A DNA stretch of 64,000 bases. Origin: a virus. Lineage: Duplodnaviria; Caudoviricetes. Positions within the stretch are counted from its first letter, which is position 1, and each line of letters opens with the position of its first letter. A program made the translations under genes and the position numbers. The notes under the pieces are model-generated. The model was not told the DNA's origin, searched no databases, and saw only the letters and a list, made by a program, of their open reading frames with translations. Below, piece after piece: positions 30,201-37,687 of this stretch. Where the stretch lies: positions 10,991 to 74,990 of IMG/VR virus record IMGVR_UViG_3300027914_001438; one strand, 5' to 3'.

Positions 30201-33200
30201 GGTTCTCTCCAATCCGAACGTGCGCTCGGCGCTGTACACCATGATAGAAGAGCGGCTAATCGGCCCCGCGGACACAGAACGCGCTATTACCAGGCTTGAA
30301 GCCGCCGCCAACTCTTCTGCCGCGTTCTCTCTGTTGCCGAAAGATCTGCGGTCCGCTATAGGCGAACTGCTGGACTCTCAGATAACCGGCACGTCAGAAC
30401 AAAAAGTGTCCAGTATGATTGTGGGTCTCGACGGTCTGATTGACGCACAGCGGGAAGAAACGCTGGAAGAGTCGGAGCTTATGCCGGACGAGGAAGAAGA
30501 GAAAGAACCGGCCGCTGAAAGAGAAGTAACCCTTAAGTCCATGTCAGAAAATGATGCAAGGAATTTTGCGTCGCTGGTACATTACATAGCGGCGGACTCC
30601 GTGTCTTCCGGTATGGCGGACCTGGCCGTACGAATATACGTTGCAGCTTTGGCTAATCCAGAGTTTAAAGAAGAGCTCGCGAAAATGTCGGGCCTTCTCG
30701 ATGTGTCCAACCTGCCGGTAAACCTCAGAGCGCTTCCGACCGTTGATGCAGCTAGAGTAAGGCAGGCCGGGATAAAGACGCCCGGGGTGCGGGCGTCTCC
30801 GCTGTCACAGATTGCTGCCAACGAAGCCATCGACGCCATGTACACAGTGATGATGTCGCTTAATGAAGCGGACCGCACCATAACTATAGACTCGTCCAAA
30901 GTGATGGAGACCCTGGGGTTTATAGACGAGGAAGACAACACCACTATAGCAAAAGTCTCTGTCCCGATAGAATCTAAAAAAGACCTGATGAATATAATGC
31001 AGTACGCCTTCGTGTCCACGCGCGGCAGGCACTCACGTGCATTCGGGGACACCCTGTCGGTTATGCCGGCAACCTATCATATGCGCCTGGCCGCCGCCAA
31101 GCTGGACGAGATAAAAAGGTGGGGGTCGGCAGAAGCCAAGTTCCTAGTGACCTCTGCCTGGCTGTCCGAGTTTACAAGGCGTGGCAAAGAAAACAACCGC
31201 ATGTCTGAACGCAACCAGATATGGGGAGTGCTCGGTAAATACTCGACACGCGGTATCCCGGCCACTTCGTTGCTTGGTACCTTTGGAACTGGGGCTTCTT
31301 TCCTGGAGGCCGCGGTGACCAGAGTGCCGTCCGACGCTACGGTTACCGGCATAAAAGTGAAAATGGACCGGGCTCGCATAGCCCAGGACCCCTCCGCGGG
31401 CACGCGTTCTGTTGCGTCCTTCCTGAAAGGGGCCGGAATATCCGCGCTCCCGCGAGCCACCATGGACGAGCTGAACAGGATATTCTCTCTCGTCGAGGCG
31501 GACAATTACGACGAGGCCGCGAACTTGCTGGAGTCGTTGTCGGATGCTATAGACAGCAGACGCGCGAAAGACGACAGATACGAACGGCTGTATAAACTTT
31601 TGCAGCAGGGCATTAAGGATCACTTCCGAACCCTCGAGAAGAACCGGGAGTTCGCAGGAGAACTGCGGTCAGAAGAGATAAAGAAGGAAGTGGAGCGGGG
31701 GCACTACGACGGTACGATACCGCCTGAACAGGTGGAACGTGACGCCCCGTATTACGTATCGCATCTCAGAGCTCAAGGGCACTTCGAACGCACGCTTCCG
31801 TCGGACATTGTTGAGGTGTCCGGCAATGCGGTGGCCCTCGCTGCCGCTGCCGCGGCTCAGCTCAGGAGCATCGGGAAACAGGTTGAAGCGGATACTGTGC
31901 TCGTGCCCGAAGTGGCGACCTCTGTGTTCAAAGGCTATTCCGGGCGGAGCAAAGAAGCCTCGGACAGCCTAATCAAGCTGGCTACCCGGCTGGGCCTCGA
32001 GCAGGATACCGTCAAGCGGCTCGGCAATATTCCTTACGGCGTAGCGGAAGCCCGCATACGAATAGAGGACGACGGGCGGAAGCCCGGCACCCGCTCTATA
32101 ACCAGCTACATGAATTTGATAGATGATGCTATCCGCAACGCTGAGAAAATAGGCGGACCGAAATATTTCCACGACGTTATGCAGGTGCTTGAAAATTTCC
32201 AGCACGCCACCACACTCATCATAGGATCCGGTCTTGACCTTCCGAATACTGTGTTTGGCCAGGGGCTGGACAATGACGAGGTGTTCAACTGGTTCACAGA
32301 CAAGTTCGATAGACGCCACAAAAAGGGCGGCATCATTAAGAACCGCAGGCCATTTAAGATGGAATCCCGCCACGTTAATTACGGCACGATAGCTAATGCG
32401 ATAGTGCTCACGATAGCTGAAGGCAGCAAAAAGGTGCGGGTAAAAATGAAAGATGGTACCACACAGGATATGGTGCTGGTTGCTTTCGGGTCACACATGA
32501 AGGTCCACTCCAACCCGGAGGACAATTATGCGCTCGATCCGATAGTGTACATATACCGGGACGGCCTTACCGCCATTGGAAAGGACGCCGCAGACCGCGC
32601 GATAAAACGGTTCGTTGACAACGAGATAAACACGAAGTCTGACCCGGCCCAGCGCGCGCACCTGAGAGAGCAGTATATACGGATTTTCGAGTCGGAAGAC
32701 CCCGCAGGGTTCGCCAAGGCAAACGCAGAGGGCGGTGAACGGCAGGTGTTCCGCGCGGCCATATACCATGAGTTGTTTGAGAATGGGATCGAAGGAACTC
32801 CGCAAGTAGACCAGGTGGATAAAGAGACCGGCGTGGTTAAGTCTCCATTCCTGTCGCTCGACTACGCGATAGACTTGGTAAAGAACAGCGGCCTGTTCGA
32901 GCTTCTTAAAGAGCATGGCAGGACCGATGAGGACATGGACTTCTACCGCCTGGCAAAACAGATCAACGACGTGTCAGACCGCATATTCAACGCCACCTCT
33001 GACGTGTTCACTATGTTCAATCCTGGTTCCGGCCGGCTGGTTGGCTACACTAAAGGCTACATCCGGCACATCTACGGCGGCACTGGATTTGAAACGGCGG
33101 AGCGCTCCCGCATGCGCAGGGTAATAAACCAGATGGCCTTGAAGAAAGGCAGCCGCACGGGCGAGGGCTCCGGAGTTAGCCCGAACATTTTCAAGACCAC

Positions 33201-35787
33201 GTCCAGAGACGAGCCGGAAGAGCAGAAAGCAATGCCGGAACAGGAGACGCTGTTCGTGCGCATAGCGGAAGAGCTCGACAAAGAACTGGAACGCGCCGAT
33301 GAGAAGCAAGCGAATATGGTGGCCCGCACAGAGGACGAACGCAGCACGTGGAGCAAGTACTCATACAACTACATGATCCACAAGATGCTCACCCGTATAG
33401 AGCAGCTGAGAGGCCTGTACGCTGAGGCGCACAACGAGCCATACACGATGGACTATGCTCGCGCGTCTCTTATTGCGGGGCTTAAAAACTACTTCCGCGA
33501 ATATTCCGACAACGAGTGGACTCCGCTGGCTGGCAAGCGCATGTACTCCTCGTACGCCGATGCCATGATCAGGTCCGGCGGTGAAAAGAACCCGCTAATA
33601 ACCAACCCATCCAGGCTCACAGCGAAGAGTCTAACCGAACTCGTGGACTATGTGCTGCGGTCCACCCTTGCGGACATGGCCACCATGATAGTTGACTCTA
33701 CCGGCAACCCGCTCATGATACCGGTACGCAAAGTAGGCGAAAAAGAAGCGAGCCCCGTGGAGAGGCACAAACCCGTGCACTCCGCCGTCAGCGACGCCGC
33801 TCTGCACAGGCTTATAACGTACATGTCGTCGAAGGAAAATATAAAGATTGACCGGGACATGCCGCTCGGGGCTCAGCTGGAAATTATAGTGCGCGGTAAA
33901 AAAAAGACCTATGTTGATATGGAGCACAATCTCGCCAGTATAGAAGATCTCAAGGTGCTTGCGGACAAGGGTACCCCGGAGACCAAGGTTATAAAGAAAC
34001 TGTTTGGTGAACCATACCGTATAAAGGTTGAGCTTGGAGGGGGGTACGAGTACGACCTGCTGGCTCTGGCCGGAGAAACAAACGCTGTGCTGAAACAGAT
34101 GGCGCTGGGGTGGAGTGTGTTCTTTGGTACTGCCGGAATAGAATCCGTAATCGCCGGCACAAGTCCAAACCCGCTTAAGAGCATGGCGTTCCCGTTCCTC
34201 CCGTGGCAGTTGGCCCAGTACGGCGAGATGATAGAGTTCGGACGGGACGTGAGAAACAACTCCGTCCGCGCCGCCGAAGTTATGGCAGAGCTTACCCTGG
34301 CCGGAATGCGCCTGTCGGAGGCAGCGTCTTCCGACAATACGAATTCCGCCATAGACAGATTCATTGACAGGACGGCCTTGCGGATCAGCGAGAGGCTCGG
34401 CCGCCCGGACTTCGAACGCGGGGCGCGTGTCGGGCTGAGATGGCTCGCCGGCCGCCAGCTGTCGAAACTTCTTATGCGGGACTTCTTCGGAGGGCTCAAG
34501 ACCTGGGCGGCTATCAACCTAGTGAACGAGCTGTCGGTGCAGATGCCTACACACTCCAGATTCTCGGTAATGCGTGCGGCCGCCGATCCAGTGAATGACG
34601 CGTTCGGTGGACAGAACTGGTCTAAGTATTTGTGGGCAACGCCCCGGGTGCTGCAGATGCTGTCGCTGCTGCTGTTCGCACCCAACTGGACGCTGTCTGC
34701 GTTTAATGTCGCCGGCATGGCCGTCTTCACACAGGCCATGCTAGGTAATCGCATATCCCCGGTGCAGGCAAGGTTCGTCACAAGAAACTGGGTGTCCATG
34801 TACCTCATGGCCCTTCAGGTAATACCAAACATGCTGCAGGCGGCGATATACGGAGTGGCCGCTGCACTGCCCGGAGGCGCGGACGATGACGACGAAGATG
34901 ATAAGAAGTATGACCGCGTGCTGGCGTGGAACAACGAGTTCGGGAAGGGTGGTCTGTTCCCGTCTATCGACGTGACGCCGATAGCAAGGAAGCTTTGGAA
35001 TTACAAGGGCGAGCCCACTGGCAATCGTCGGGTGTACATCCGCTTTGGAAAGCAGTCATATGAAGTCATCAACGGGTGGCTCACCGACCCGGTGGCTACC
35101 GTTGGGCGCAAGTCCTCCATGCTGGTGAAGCTGGTGTGGGAACAGGCCTTCGGACACTCGCCCGGATCGCCAGACTTTCTGCTTCCGTTCAAGAGTGTCG
35201 GGCCGCTCTACGGTATATTCGGAAGTGATGCCGGGTTCCGCGGATCCCGTCTCGGGGTGCTGGCGTCGCATACAATCCCGATGTCGTTGTCCACCATGCT
35301 CACCACGCCGGACGCGGGGCTGCTGCCCCTGTTGGCTCCTGCCTCCAAAGGTATGAGCCAGACGCGGGCGACTCAGGGCATGATAAAGGTGCTGTCAGAA
35401 GCCGCAGAATACCGGCCGACGGGCCGCACCCGCCACCATCCTGAGCAATACGCTAACATGTACGCGCTGGCCGCTGAATACATGGACGCGGCAACGAGGA
35501 ACGGTTACGATGCGGATCAGGTGCTGTCTGCCGCGTACGGCGCGGTAGCTCCGAAGTACTATCGCAAGTTCTACGAGGCCTATTTGAACGGCGATATGGA
35601 TGCCGCCAACGAAATGGCCAAGAAGGTTATCCGTATAGGGGCCACAGTGCGCGGGCTGCAGCAGTCCGTAGTCGGAAGGCATCGCAAAACGGGCCGCGGT
35701 GAATTGACCGAGGAAGAGAAGGCGTCCCTTCAGGAGGCATTCGAGGGAGCCATGCCCGATATTATTAAGGAATTGAGGAACAAGTAA
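18253..35787 (+). CDS. Giant (5844 aa) virion protein containing a putative two-barrel RNA polymerase and a PD-(D/E)xK nuclease domain
   Basis: Motifs in order: DGQG (aa ~3102), AKPN, GAAK, NRIP (aa 3497), GSDVDAD (aa 3558-3564). Nuclease ADGII...LEIKT...Q.Y (aa ~2080-2140). Hydrophobic N- and C-terminal segments. Confidence 0.75.
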   Translation: MAIFETREEFVEDYKTRYPQFGNVGPQTLYSTAYHLDPEGTAASISGDSSPFFTESSQLLNGHRSVTPELADASDEEVAVDFAAKAPSIAAAWGLGGPHTGADTAGMEKKGVPPEMTEEEKRQETFSRMFGDWYGPMPSKPLEEYESGKKLLELGKKNLEGRAGFFEGFMGTRKSDFIPFGEIFGSTADIVDMIKIGNKMKDGDFSDVSEDEVVKFNLLMQQMKRMDEGGWKSLAGNIVKTSIMMGLEIGTTLGLGTLFGVGGRILSASSSASKLAAGKTLKTLGQMLAGKKAEISVLQKVISKGEKGLLKATGKKVGKEAGEEVAEEAAKKVGKKLVGKKAGEETLESIAEKKTQLTALQDSAAKIQDALAKERTRAGVISTFDEAVLRAAGSLDDAAVGVRQMTGVRGFFGGRAMMGRAFLDELGSMTSEGLAGKFGGKVAENFLRGAASFGVAGGAIATAQVGLKTAIELLASIATTGEPVTSSGARIQLRRMFEGKTEEDQKSFAAGLGDLFIEYFSEYSGEYLSAMLTAGVGGLPGAKGASAAWKKVSKEVGNKISRALAAGSNAANIPVDAVKNKAASKMVSVFKTMFAVERGGAVGPSEFMANLRAMGYSSIFGEWLEERFGGFLRGLTGLEGDEHKSYMRNIVESSFPANSDQAIAELVAFSIPGTANLAMRHLGKIMTLEDDSAYKESAKLYNRSIGKLAGRMQDTLIRNKAAIRDEVLQDRRKAIAEREVEIIPETEKERTAREAAIKQKDEQIAEIEAKRAELEKNKPADGASEEDKKAHEASVKKMGAAIDSLKKQRDDIRAPGEAKEEAPEAAPEAAPEAEKERKPSRLKKLGDKAAPRYYKLSREIDGAVDSVIEKLSMESRSDTVAPAEVIAEELKLELARRAEKKGLGDISDVLARITPASVSHLTANFTEAATLRNESNMILRRRDAMDMVSGTGIRSFFFDLANTFFEKTLGVHYYTQGAAEAAGIGAGGFGKTYTELAYRAGFVHSLNRNYTLWKKDVNQRVARARSILKRELTPDEESRVYNKALETAAQRYQADALAYAKVANFSNELLPYEKDIIAKALRHEYDLGLREEGSASTKDVLDEFLSMFNGPSNEWKNLHRAKSGSHMEQLLHDNPKQAGLAIQVLARLRGILPPFQEVSHELNWLGSFGEHILNILTPPGEGATEEEIKAHSDRFNALIDELADEEGKPPKPYGFASKEEALAFLIGATRVFRLPELMSGAKITAPDFTRDNAALDFFKDYFINMLALLDSRYIPETLKDVVDNTSKDKFIGLYNGLVATGLAVGGVTNRMREEGRPDPNSFADAIYMLMVGDALKRDWVPTPAFMILAYAAGVDVSSDAALASWTQAASRAMAVAAATLQPRQYPNVNDVLKVYRDKFGFMPRETGDDYADAIVIKVNRADGAAADKWDSAVVVALSEYSKYLEEDSNPEYEHTITQAELADNRVKIPPPAPTFIIAPGNISYRMTRRTLQLVYPSVYKQIASDPYNHILHYANADRSESPEDIFTFAEGSYNNTYGGGIIYVTPHGMNSLGLVEDTLEILHKQGSEEADGMDIPAFFYDKKNKTGYVASVLSALKEADMDETTAEGRARKRLLDYLIAATSYMDSKNGAEQALGREMLMEMLVKTVALFTLDFQYARSMNGLPAGAALVEEAFVAFKTVGKMEIDKPASGEKSDVQRDLLNRALQFYSARGLTADLIDDLRYERDAIFVGHTPTAGTSSELRGVRSRLPGPKGKKIRKRAANMRFQEGDEVIVLSDSGKVEGVAELTGKSYVSGTGRLIAGARKTMGQPKVFAKTRVIAFGGESVHKGEGVGVPETREVTTLPKVGKVKEAWDKVKEAHADRTKYMNATGLNKMIRGNIFSRFPDVLSFLKVKENTLALADKGVTPEEAAKKLEELDAAHLEAWAAFEAAVKEANLPYSSVFESVAGRHTVLDGITSRNVYIERESINDAPKKKKVVGKALNWLATAIVSKMRAGTKARRDSGTLSSASLGNIDRGMEDGSRGGEELATMLTGTTPVKNPMIEAGRKAIRKYVPDDAISGIEIFLRTDNKDDIMLITFADGIITWEENGEKHAIVLEIKTKSAKSNPLLNEDFMGVQEGDTLSENEAGLLQTYGEIRALMDLGWKEENIIGLRVLAGREKTSSGAINLKLFEHRAPSPATTMIEDPSDVRDLSDLGTIVTGSIKTREAGTLEEAYNLFLKRLGKEGVPREPASEPDEAAPEVPSNNEVPTSSKGEEEKTSGEEVPGTKKANKIKRGQRGTRSIAKVPEAPRARAKKAAPKLSRHSGDDRRGTRSITSYVTSYFKMVDSLGASGTISRRAVSGIGAAVARAAIAGDEDNGAFDSNELSRYLGALEVARNVSRTKETVGLHSAVAVLSSYLRRNKNGPMAQDSRESLADVALWIYSVLSDEAYRPLRTQMQLPGDGSHADAFSIALLASRVYMDTVALSYFIEDVMALGEETLGEKRLGDLRAMLEWVKSTPTLDMRKALEDGLTPATREMLENGTDLELHEKSVMAKDSIERMAEVLADQPEHDGYLTPMLGTVPKSALKSSEAVQRARQSVEYYSRITASVLKAWARDSKAGTEDAISKLALDENLGELDLRVFKVAAVSGMPYSKFSEVIGRASSLMEFRLLQYQDETKFRSSALVEHRGSLNKSGSIAALALRGLYSFMNKSSLFSNNTSAPGELGRMQNKFKPLRAFVYENYTEESAVDVRRLASVLLEKIKAVGLDMDPDLREELMSVVDTATAIVSRLIKASRAVDIDPDTVRYFAELTDKEYVRSLDQAAFNELAKDAGLLVSAWADALSEFTSTLERTGDATLAKAKAYEAFAGFKVKSEADAFSQGIVAKFLSSLAGFRSSNATVDQSTFTTTQFDLVVLSAIRALGPEFEKATADQLVSVQLRTGRDVLFHKLSPKHQRRVLEDISAINRDDGMVYVPVMRADRKGAYLLSLPEAALRDKAEKILGVLNGKSNPTEQDIEALKVYSIDNRERLVAAGNYLMAEAAFGTEAVPQLFRNIEFLKRLRQYNTGYKKVPSIRMSSTSAAGSRGLGVDNGELPIFAIDEMTITTNDGTVYTKDAMDGQGVLFDRVYDVVAQSLGYSSIPGSLKLTNLGTRSGDAYKDTNVLVMAKPNFVRAGTYMDSNAVLEKIKSTSGPSGIGLLMSAIEREPRLTGVVGILTGAAKVFSKENAPSETMTMELIHDGKVVGAVTIKGKHATAFAETFAQTAQLDGANQMTEDRANKGMLAGSSISWARADAAAGAMLGYALAAYGLMSSKYGESSREAQNILKTFDTAKRFNFGDQAYLVENAGMNPFHPALDDVYKNVSMRSFGDGIVAEVPRHDSTVVSDPGNFSGVHDGSGSTPATFRANIAGAQGAVRIRLPGVKSAASARARIADMLETAVRISELSGDLEGDDLKDFLSISKYLFEETGEPLSFTKSLRGLLTYDQTIDPASLYIEQDSKTGDLLVFPTHGTINRIPTHSIVTINSAAYLGPATYDYDSVTVRDTATGKLVQSYRAVAHRDNISIIAIETAERWGSDVDADALHFMQTIIPGRSTEYRGSMNAIMQKVDAGTADETDMKWLAYHMANELERAAAEVDPDTIASAGLINPGAYDEVLIKLTGDLGSILGTDERTVAEAAKAGMTPEFASLPKVLSTLDSIAAKSREARSGAMNAQDVLTFLTNVPGLRLFGDTSEEPLFTSKRGGTLRLENRDMSTPERVAKIMVSVNAVNVIIDMLKLAPRYALRFDMSAPFVAALLGSRVSMTPRTELDSINKFGADYVRNDPTSALNFVQTWVDFWNEDPGALLYNRAMAVIEEDRDRANVPTQWYGNFGILAALISQFMEEEKEATGQYPNMTKGSEDSDRFNDMIHAIKELFLAGEDIMRLGGFLKFAYDPAGANVYKMLSYLSLIERIESPKLRKDKDGNEIPPRVDFRGITGTSLYKLNKKAVELALKEREKFGVLSNPNVRSALYTMIEERLIGPADTERAITRLEAAANSSAAFSLLPKDLRSAIGELLDSQITGTSEQKVSSMIVGLDGLIDAQREETLEESELMPDEEEEKEPAAEREVTLKSMSENDARNFASLVHYIAADSVSSGMADLAVRIYVAALANPEFKEELAKMSGLLDVSNLPVNLRALPTVDAARVRQAGIKTPGVRASPLSQIAANEAIDAMYTVMMSLNEADRTITIDSSKVMETLGFIDEEDNTTIAKVSVPIESKKDLMNIMQYAFVSTRGRHSRAFGDTLSVMPATYHMRLAAAKLDEIKRWGSAEAKFLVTSAWLSEFTRRGKENNRMSERNQIWGVLGKYSTRGIPATSLLGTFGTGASFLEAAVTRVPSDATVTGIKVKMDRARIAQDPSAGTRSVASFLKGAGISALPRATMDELNRIFSLVEADNYDEAANLLESLSDAIDSRRAKDDRYERLYKLLQQGIKDHFRTLEKNREFAGELRSEEIKKEVERGHYDGTIPPEQVERDAPYYVSHLRAQGHFERTLPSDIVEVSGNAVALAAAAAAQLRSIGKQVEADTVLVPEVATSVFKGYSGRSKEASDSLIKLATRLGLEQDTVKRLGNIPYGVAEARIRIEDDGRKPGTRSITSYMNLIDDAIRNAEKIGGPKYFHDVMQVLENFQHATTLIIGSGLDLPNTVFGQGLDNDEVFNWFTDKFDRRHKKGGIIKNRRPFKMESRHVNYGTIANAIVLTIAEGSKKVRVKMKDGTTQDMVLVAFGSHMKVHSNPEDNYALDPIVYIYRDGLTAIGKDAADRAIKRFVDNEINTKSDPAQRAHLREQYIRIFESEDPAGFAKANAEGGERQVFRAAIYHELFENGIEGTPQVDQVDKETGVVKSPFLSLDYAIDLVKNSGLFELLKEHGRTDEDMDFYRLAKQINDVSDRIFNATSDVFTMFNPGSGRLVGYTKGYIRHIYGGTGFETAERSRMRRVINQMALKKGSRTGEGSGVSPNIFKTTSRDEPEEQKAMPEQETLFVRIAEELDKELERADEKQANMVARTEDERSTWSKYSYNYMIHKMLTRIEQLRGLYAEAHNEPYTMDYARASLIAGLKNYFREYSDNEWTPLAGKRMYSSYADAMIRSGGEKNPLITNPSRLTAKSLTELVDYVLRSTLADMATMIVDSTGNPLMIPVRKVGEKEASPVERHKPVHSAVSDAALHRLITYMSSKENIKIDRDMPLGAQLEIIVRGKKKTYVDMEHNLASIEDLKVLADKGTPETKVIKKLFGEPYRIKVELGGGYEYDLLALAGETNAVLKQMALGWSVFFGTAGIESVIAGTSPNPLKSMAFPFLPWQLAQYGEMIEFGRDVRNNSVRAAEVMAELTLAGMRLSEAASSDNTNSAIDRFIDRTALRISERLGRPDFERGARVGLRWLAGRQLSKLLMRDFFGGLKTWAAINLVNELSVQMPTHSRFSVMRAAADPVNDAFGGQNWSKYLWATPRVLQMLSLLLFAPNWTLSAFNVAGMAVFTQAMLGNRISPVQARFVTRNWVSMYLMALQVIPNMLQAAIYGVAAALPGGADDDDEDDKKYDRVLAWNNEFGKGGLFPSIDVTPIARKLWNYKGEPTGNRRVYIRFGKQSYEVINGWLTDPVATVGRKSSMLVKLVWEQAFGHSPGSPDFLLPFKSVGPLYGIFGSDAGFRGSRLGVLASHTIPMSLSTMLTTPDAGLLPLLAPASKGMSQTRATQGMIKVLSEAAEYRPTGRTRHHPEQYANMYALAAEYMDAATRNGYDADQVLSAAYGAVAPKYYRKFYEAYLNGDMDAANEMAKKVIRIGATVRGLQQSVVGRHRKTGRGELTEEEKASLQEAFEGAMPDIIKELRNK

Positions 35788-35866
35788 CCAAGTCTCTCCG
35801 CCTCCTGGAGACCTTGGGGCCGGGGGCCTGGAGCCGAAAGGCTCCGGGTCGCCTGGTGACTTGGGA
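35788..35866 (+). other. Multi-hairpin element after the giant gene
   Basis: GGAGCC-GAAA-GGCTCC tetraloop hairpin inside a CCAAGTC/GACTTGG closing helix. Confidence 0.4.
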
Positions 35867-35884
35867 ACTCGAATGTGGTAGGAT
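35856..35884 (+). promoter_or_regulatory. Sigma70-like promoter with extended -10
   Basis: GTGACT-17 bp-TAGGAT with TGn. Confidence 0.45.
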
Positions 35885-35890
35885 ATTTAT

Positions 35891-37126
35891 ATGTTTGAAT
35901 TCACGTCCAGTCTATTAGGGATGCAGCGGAACGATCCGCCCGATCCTCTTGTGCCGCAAGAGTTCAAACCGATCACCACTGGCATCCCGTTCAACAATCC
36001 CGAAGTTGGACAGCGGGTTGCGAGCAACGTCTCTCTCATTTCGAGCAGCTCCAGGGACATAGCCGGACCGTGGAAGCTGGTGGAAGAGGAGTTAAAGAAA
36101 GTTTCAGACGACCTCAGAAACGATTACGCTAAAAAATACGATGCCTATGGAATAGACACAGAGGCAAAAGGCCTGGGCGAGATGACAGACAGTCTTGCCA
36201 TGACACTTTGGGACTTGGGGACTACTTCGGTAGAGAACTTCTTGACGGAGCGCAAGCTGGCTAAGGCGTACGAGGAGATGCCGCGGGACATACCAGCCCC
36301 GGCACGGTCGGAAGCCGCCTCTCCAGGCGCTGGTATGACTAAGTATCTTGCTGCCATAGATGAACCAGAGGTGTTTCTGTCTCAGAGATATGGCAAGCAC
36401 CAGGCCAACTGGGTTTTCGACGTAGACCAGTACCTTGTAGACTTATACGGTACCAGAGAAAAACTCGCAGCGGGCGCAGCAGAGGCTGAGGCCTATAGGG
36501 AGAAGGCGGGTCTTCCTGCGAGCTCCGTAAACGCGGCGCTTTCCACGCGTCCGGCGGCCGCCGACATCGGGGAGCCGTGGGCAACATTAACCGGGAGAAA
36601 TCGCGAGTTTATGCAGCTCCCCGTAGATCGCAATTTTTCGGACCGCATCATAACCGCCAATTTTTCGTCAGACAATTCTCTGCACATGGACGCTGTTCGG
36701 CACGAGCTCGGGCACTACCTGTATACCCCCGCCGTCGCGGAAGACGAGGCGAAGTTTGCTGCCACTATGAACCTAATAACCGAGCTACCGCCGGAGGCTT
36801 TTGCCGCCCGCGCGGACAGACCATACGCGCTGACGGACGCTAAGTACCGTGAGTTCGTTCCGCTGGCCGGAGCTGTACAGCGAGAGAGCCTGAGGGAGAC
36901 GGGGGAGCGACTGAGTACGCCGGAGGAAGTGGACGCCTTCTTGAAAAAGTATGAAGGCATGTCCGAAGGCACGCTCAAGTCTAAGGGAGTGTCTCCCGAG
37001 TTTTTACGCTACTTAAAAGAGCGTAAAGACAAAAAATTCGGGCCCGGAATAGACGCCGGAGTACGATTTCTTACGCCCGCCGTGCTGGCGGGGTCGTATT
37101 CGTATGAAGAAAATTTAACTGTATGA
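35891..37126 (+). CDS. Protein with HExxH zincin-like motif (411 aa)
   Basis: AVRHELGHYLY motif preceded by a beta-like segment. Confidence 0.55.
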   Translation: MFEFTSSLLGMQRNDPPDPLVPQEFKPITTGIPFNNPEVGQRVASNVSLISSSSRDIAGPWKLVEEELKKVSDDLRNDYAKKYDAYGIDTEAKGLGEMTDSLAMTLWDLGTTSVENFLTERKLAKAYEEMPRDIPAPARSEAASPGAGMTKYLAAIDEPEVFLSQRYGKHQANWVFDVDQYLVDLYGTREKLAAGAAEAEAYREKAGLPASSVNAALSTRPAAADIGEPWATLTGRNREFMQLPVDRNFSDRIITANFSSDNSLHMDAVRHELGHYLYTPAVAEDEAKFAATMNLITELPPEAFAARADRPYALTDAKYREFVPLAGAVQRESLRETGERLSTPEEVDAFLKKYEGMSEGTLKSKGVSPEFLRYLKERKDKKFGPGIDAGVRFLTPAVLAGSYSYEENLTV

Positions 37127-37136
37127 GGAGACGAAC

Positions 37137-37331
37137 ATGGCAAATGTACCAGTAGAAACGAACATGACGAGCGAGATTGACAAGGTGTATCGCAAGGCCG
37201 ACACAGGATTCAAGAGCCCCCTAGCGACTCTGATACAAAGCAGCCTGGCGGCCATCGCTCAAGAGAACGAAACGGCCGAGAAGAAGATCAGCAAACAGGC
37301 GGGCATCTTTGCGCCGCTGGAAATGGAGTAG
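37137..37331 (+). CDS. Hypothetical protein (64 aa)
   Basis: GAGGAG SD with correct spacing. Confidence 0.6.
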   Translation: MANVPVETNMTSEIDKVYRKADTGFKSPLATLIQSSLAAIAQENETAEKKISKQAGIFAPLEME

Positions 37332-37334
37332 GTT

Positions 37335-37391
37335 ATGGCAAGCAAAAAAGAAATGACGAGGAAGAACAAGCCAATGACGGCTGTCCGATAA
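37335..37391 (+). CDS. Putative 18-aa basic peptide MASKKEMTRKNKPMTAVR
   Basis: GGAG SD, coupled to the stop of the previous ORF. Confidence 0.3.
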   Translation: MASKKEMTRKNKPMTAVR

Positions 37392-37632
37392 CCAGCACCA
37401 CCATACTGTCGTAGAACTCGGAGGTGACCGAGCAAAAAGTGTCGATCTCCTTCGGTATTGTTGCCTCTGTGTTGTTCTGTTCGGGCATGCCTGCTCCTTT
37501 GCTCTATATTAGAGCACCCAAGCGACCTAGTAACAAGTCGACATGTTTGTCGAGATGTGTACGCTATTTGGCTCTTTGTCGACACGTCTGGCGAGTTAGG
37601 GCAGGTCCTCAGGCCAGACCAGTGCCACGCCC

Positions 37633-37661
37633 TTGACATCGGGAAGGAAAAATAGTATAAA
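37633..37661 (+). promoter_or_regulatory. Near-consensus sigma70 promoter
   Basis: TTGACA-17 bp-TATAAA. Confidence 0.7.
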
Positions 37662-37687
37662 TAAGGCTTGACAGAAGGGGATTGATT

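Noticed and set aside
18354-35682. Many - strand ORFs opposite the giant gene and other antisense ORFs in the track
   Set aside because: Shadow ORFs of GC-rich coding sequence, without SD or protein-like motifs.
37400-37632. 70-aa GTG ORF or tRNA/tmRNA in this gap
   Set aside because: The GGAGG abuts the start with no spacing. There are several short hairpins but no cloverleaf or recognisable RNA motif, so it is left unassigned.
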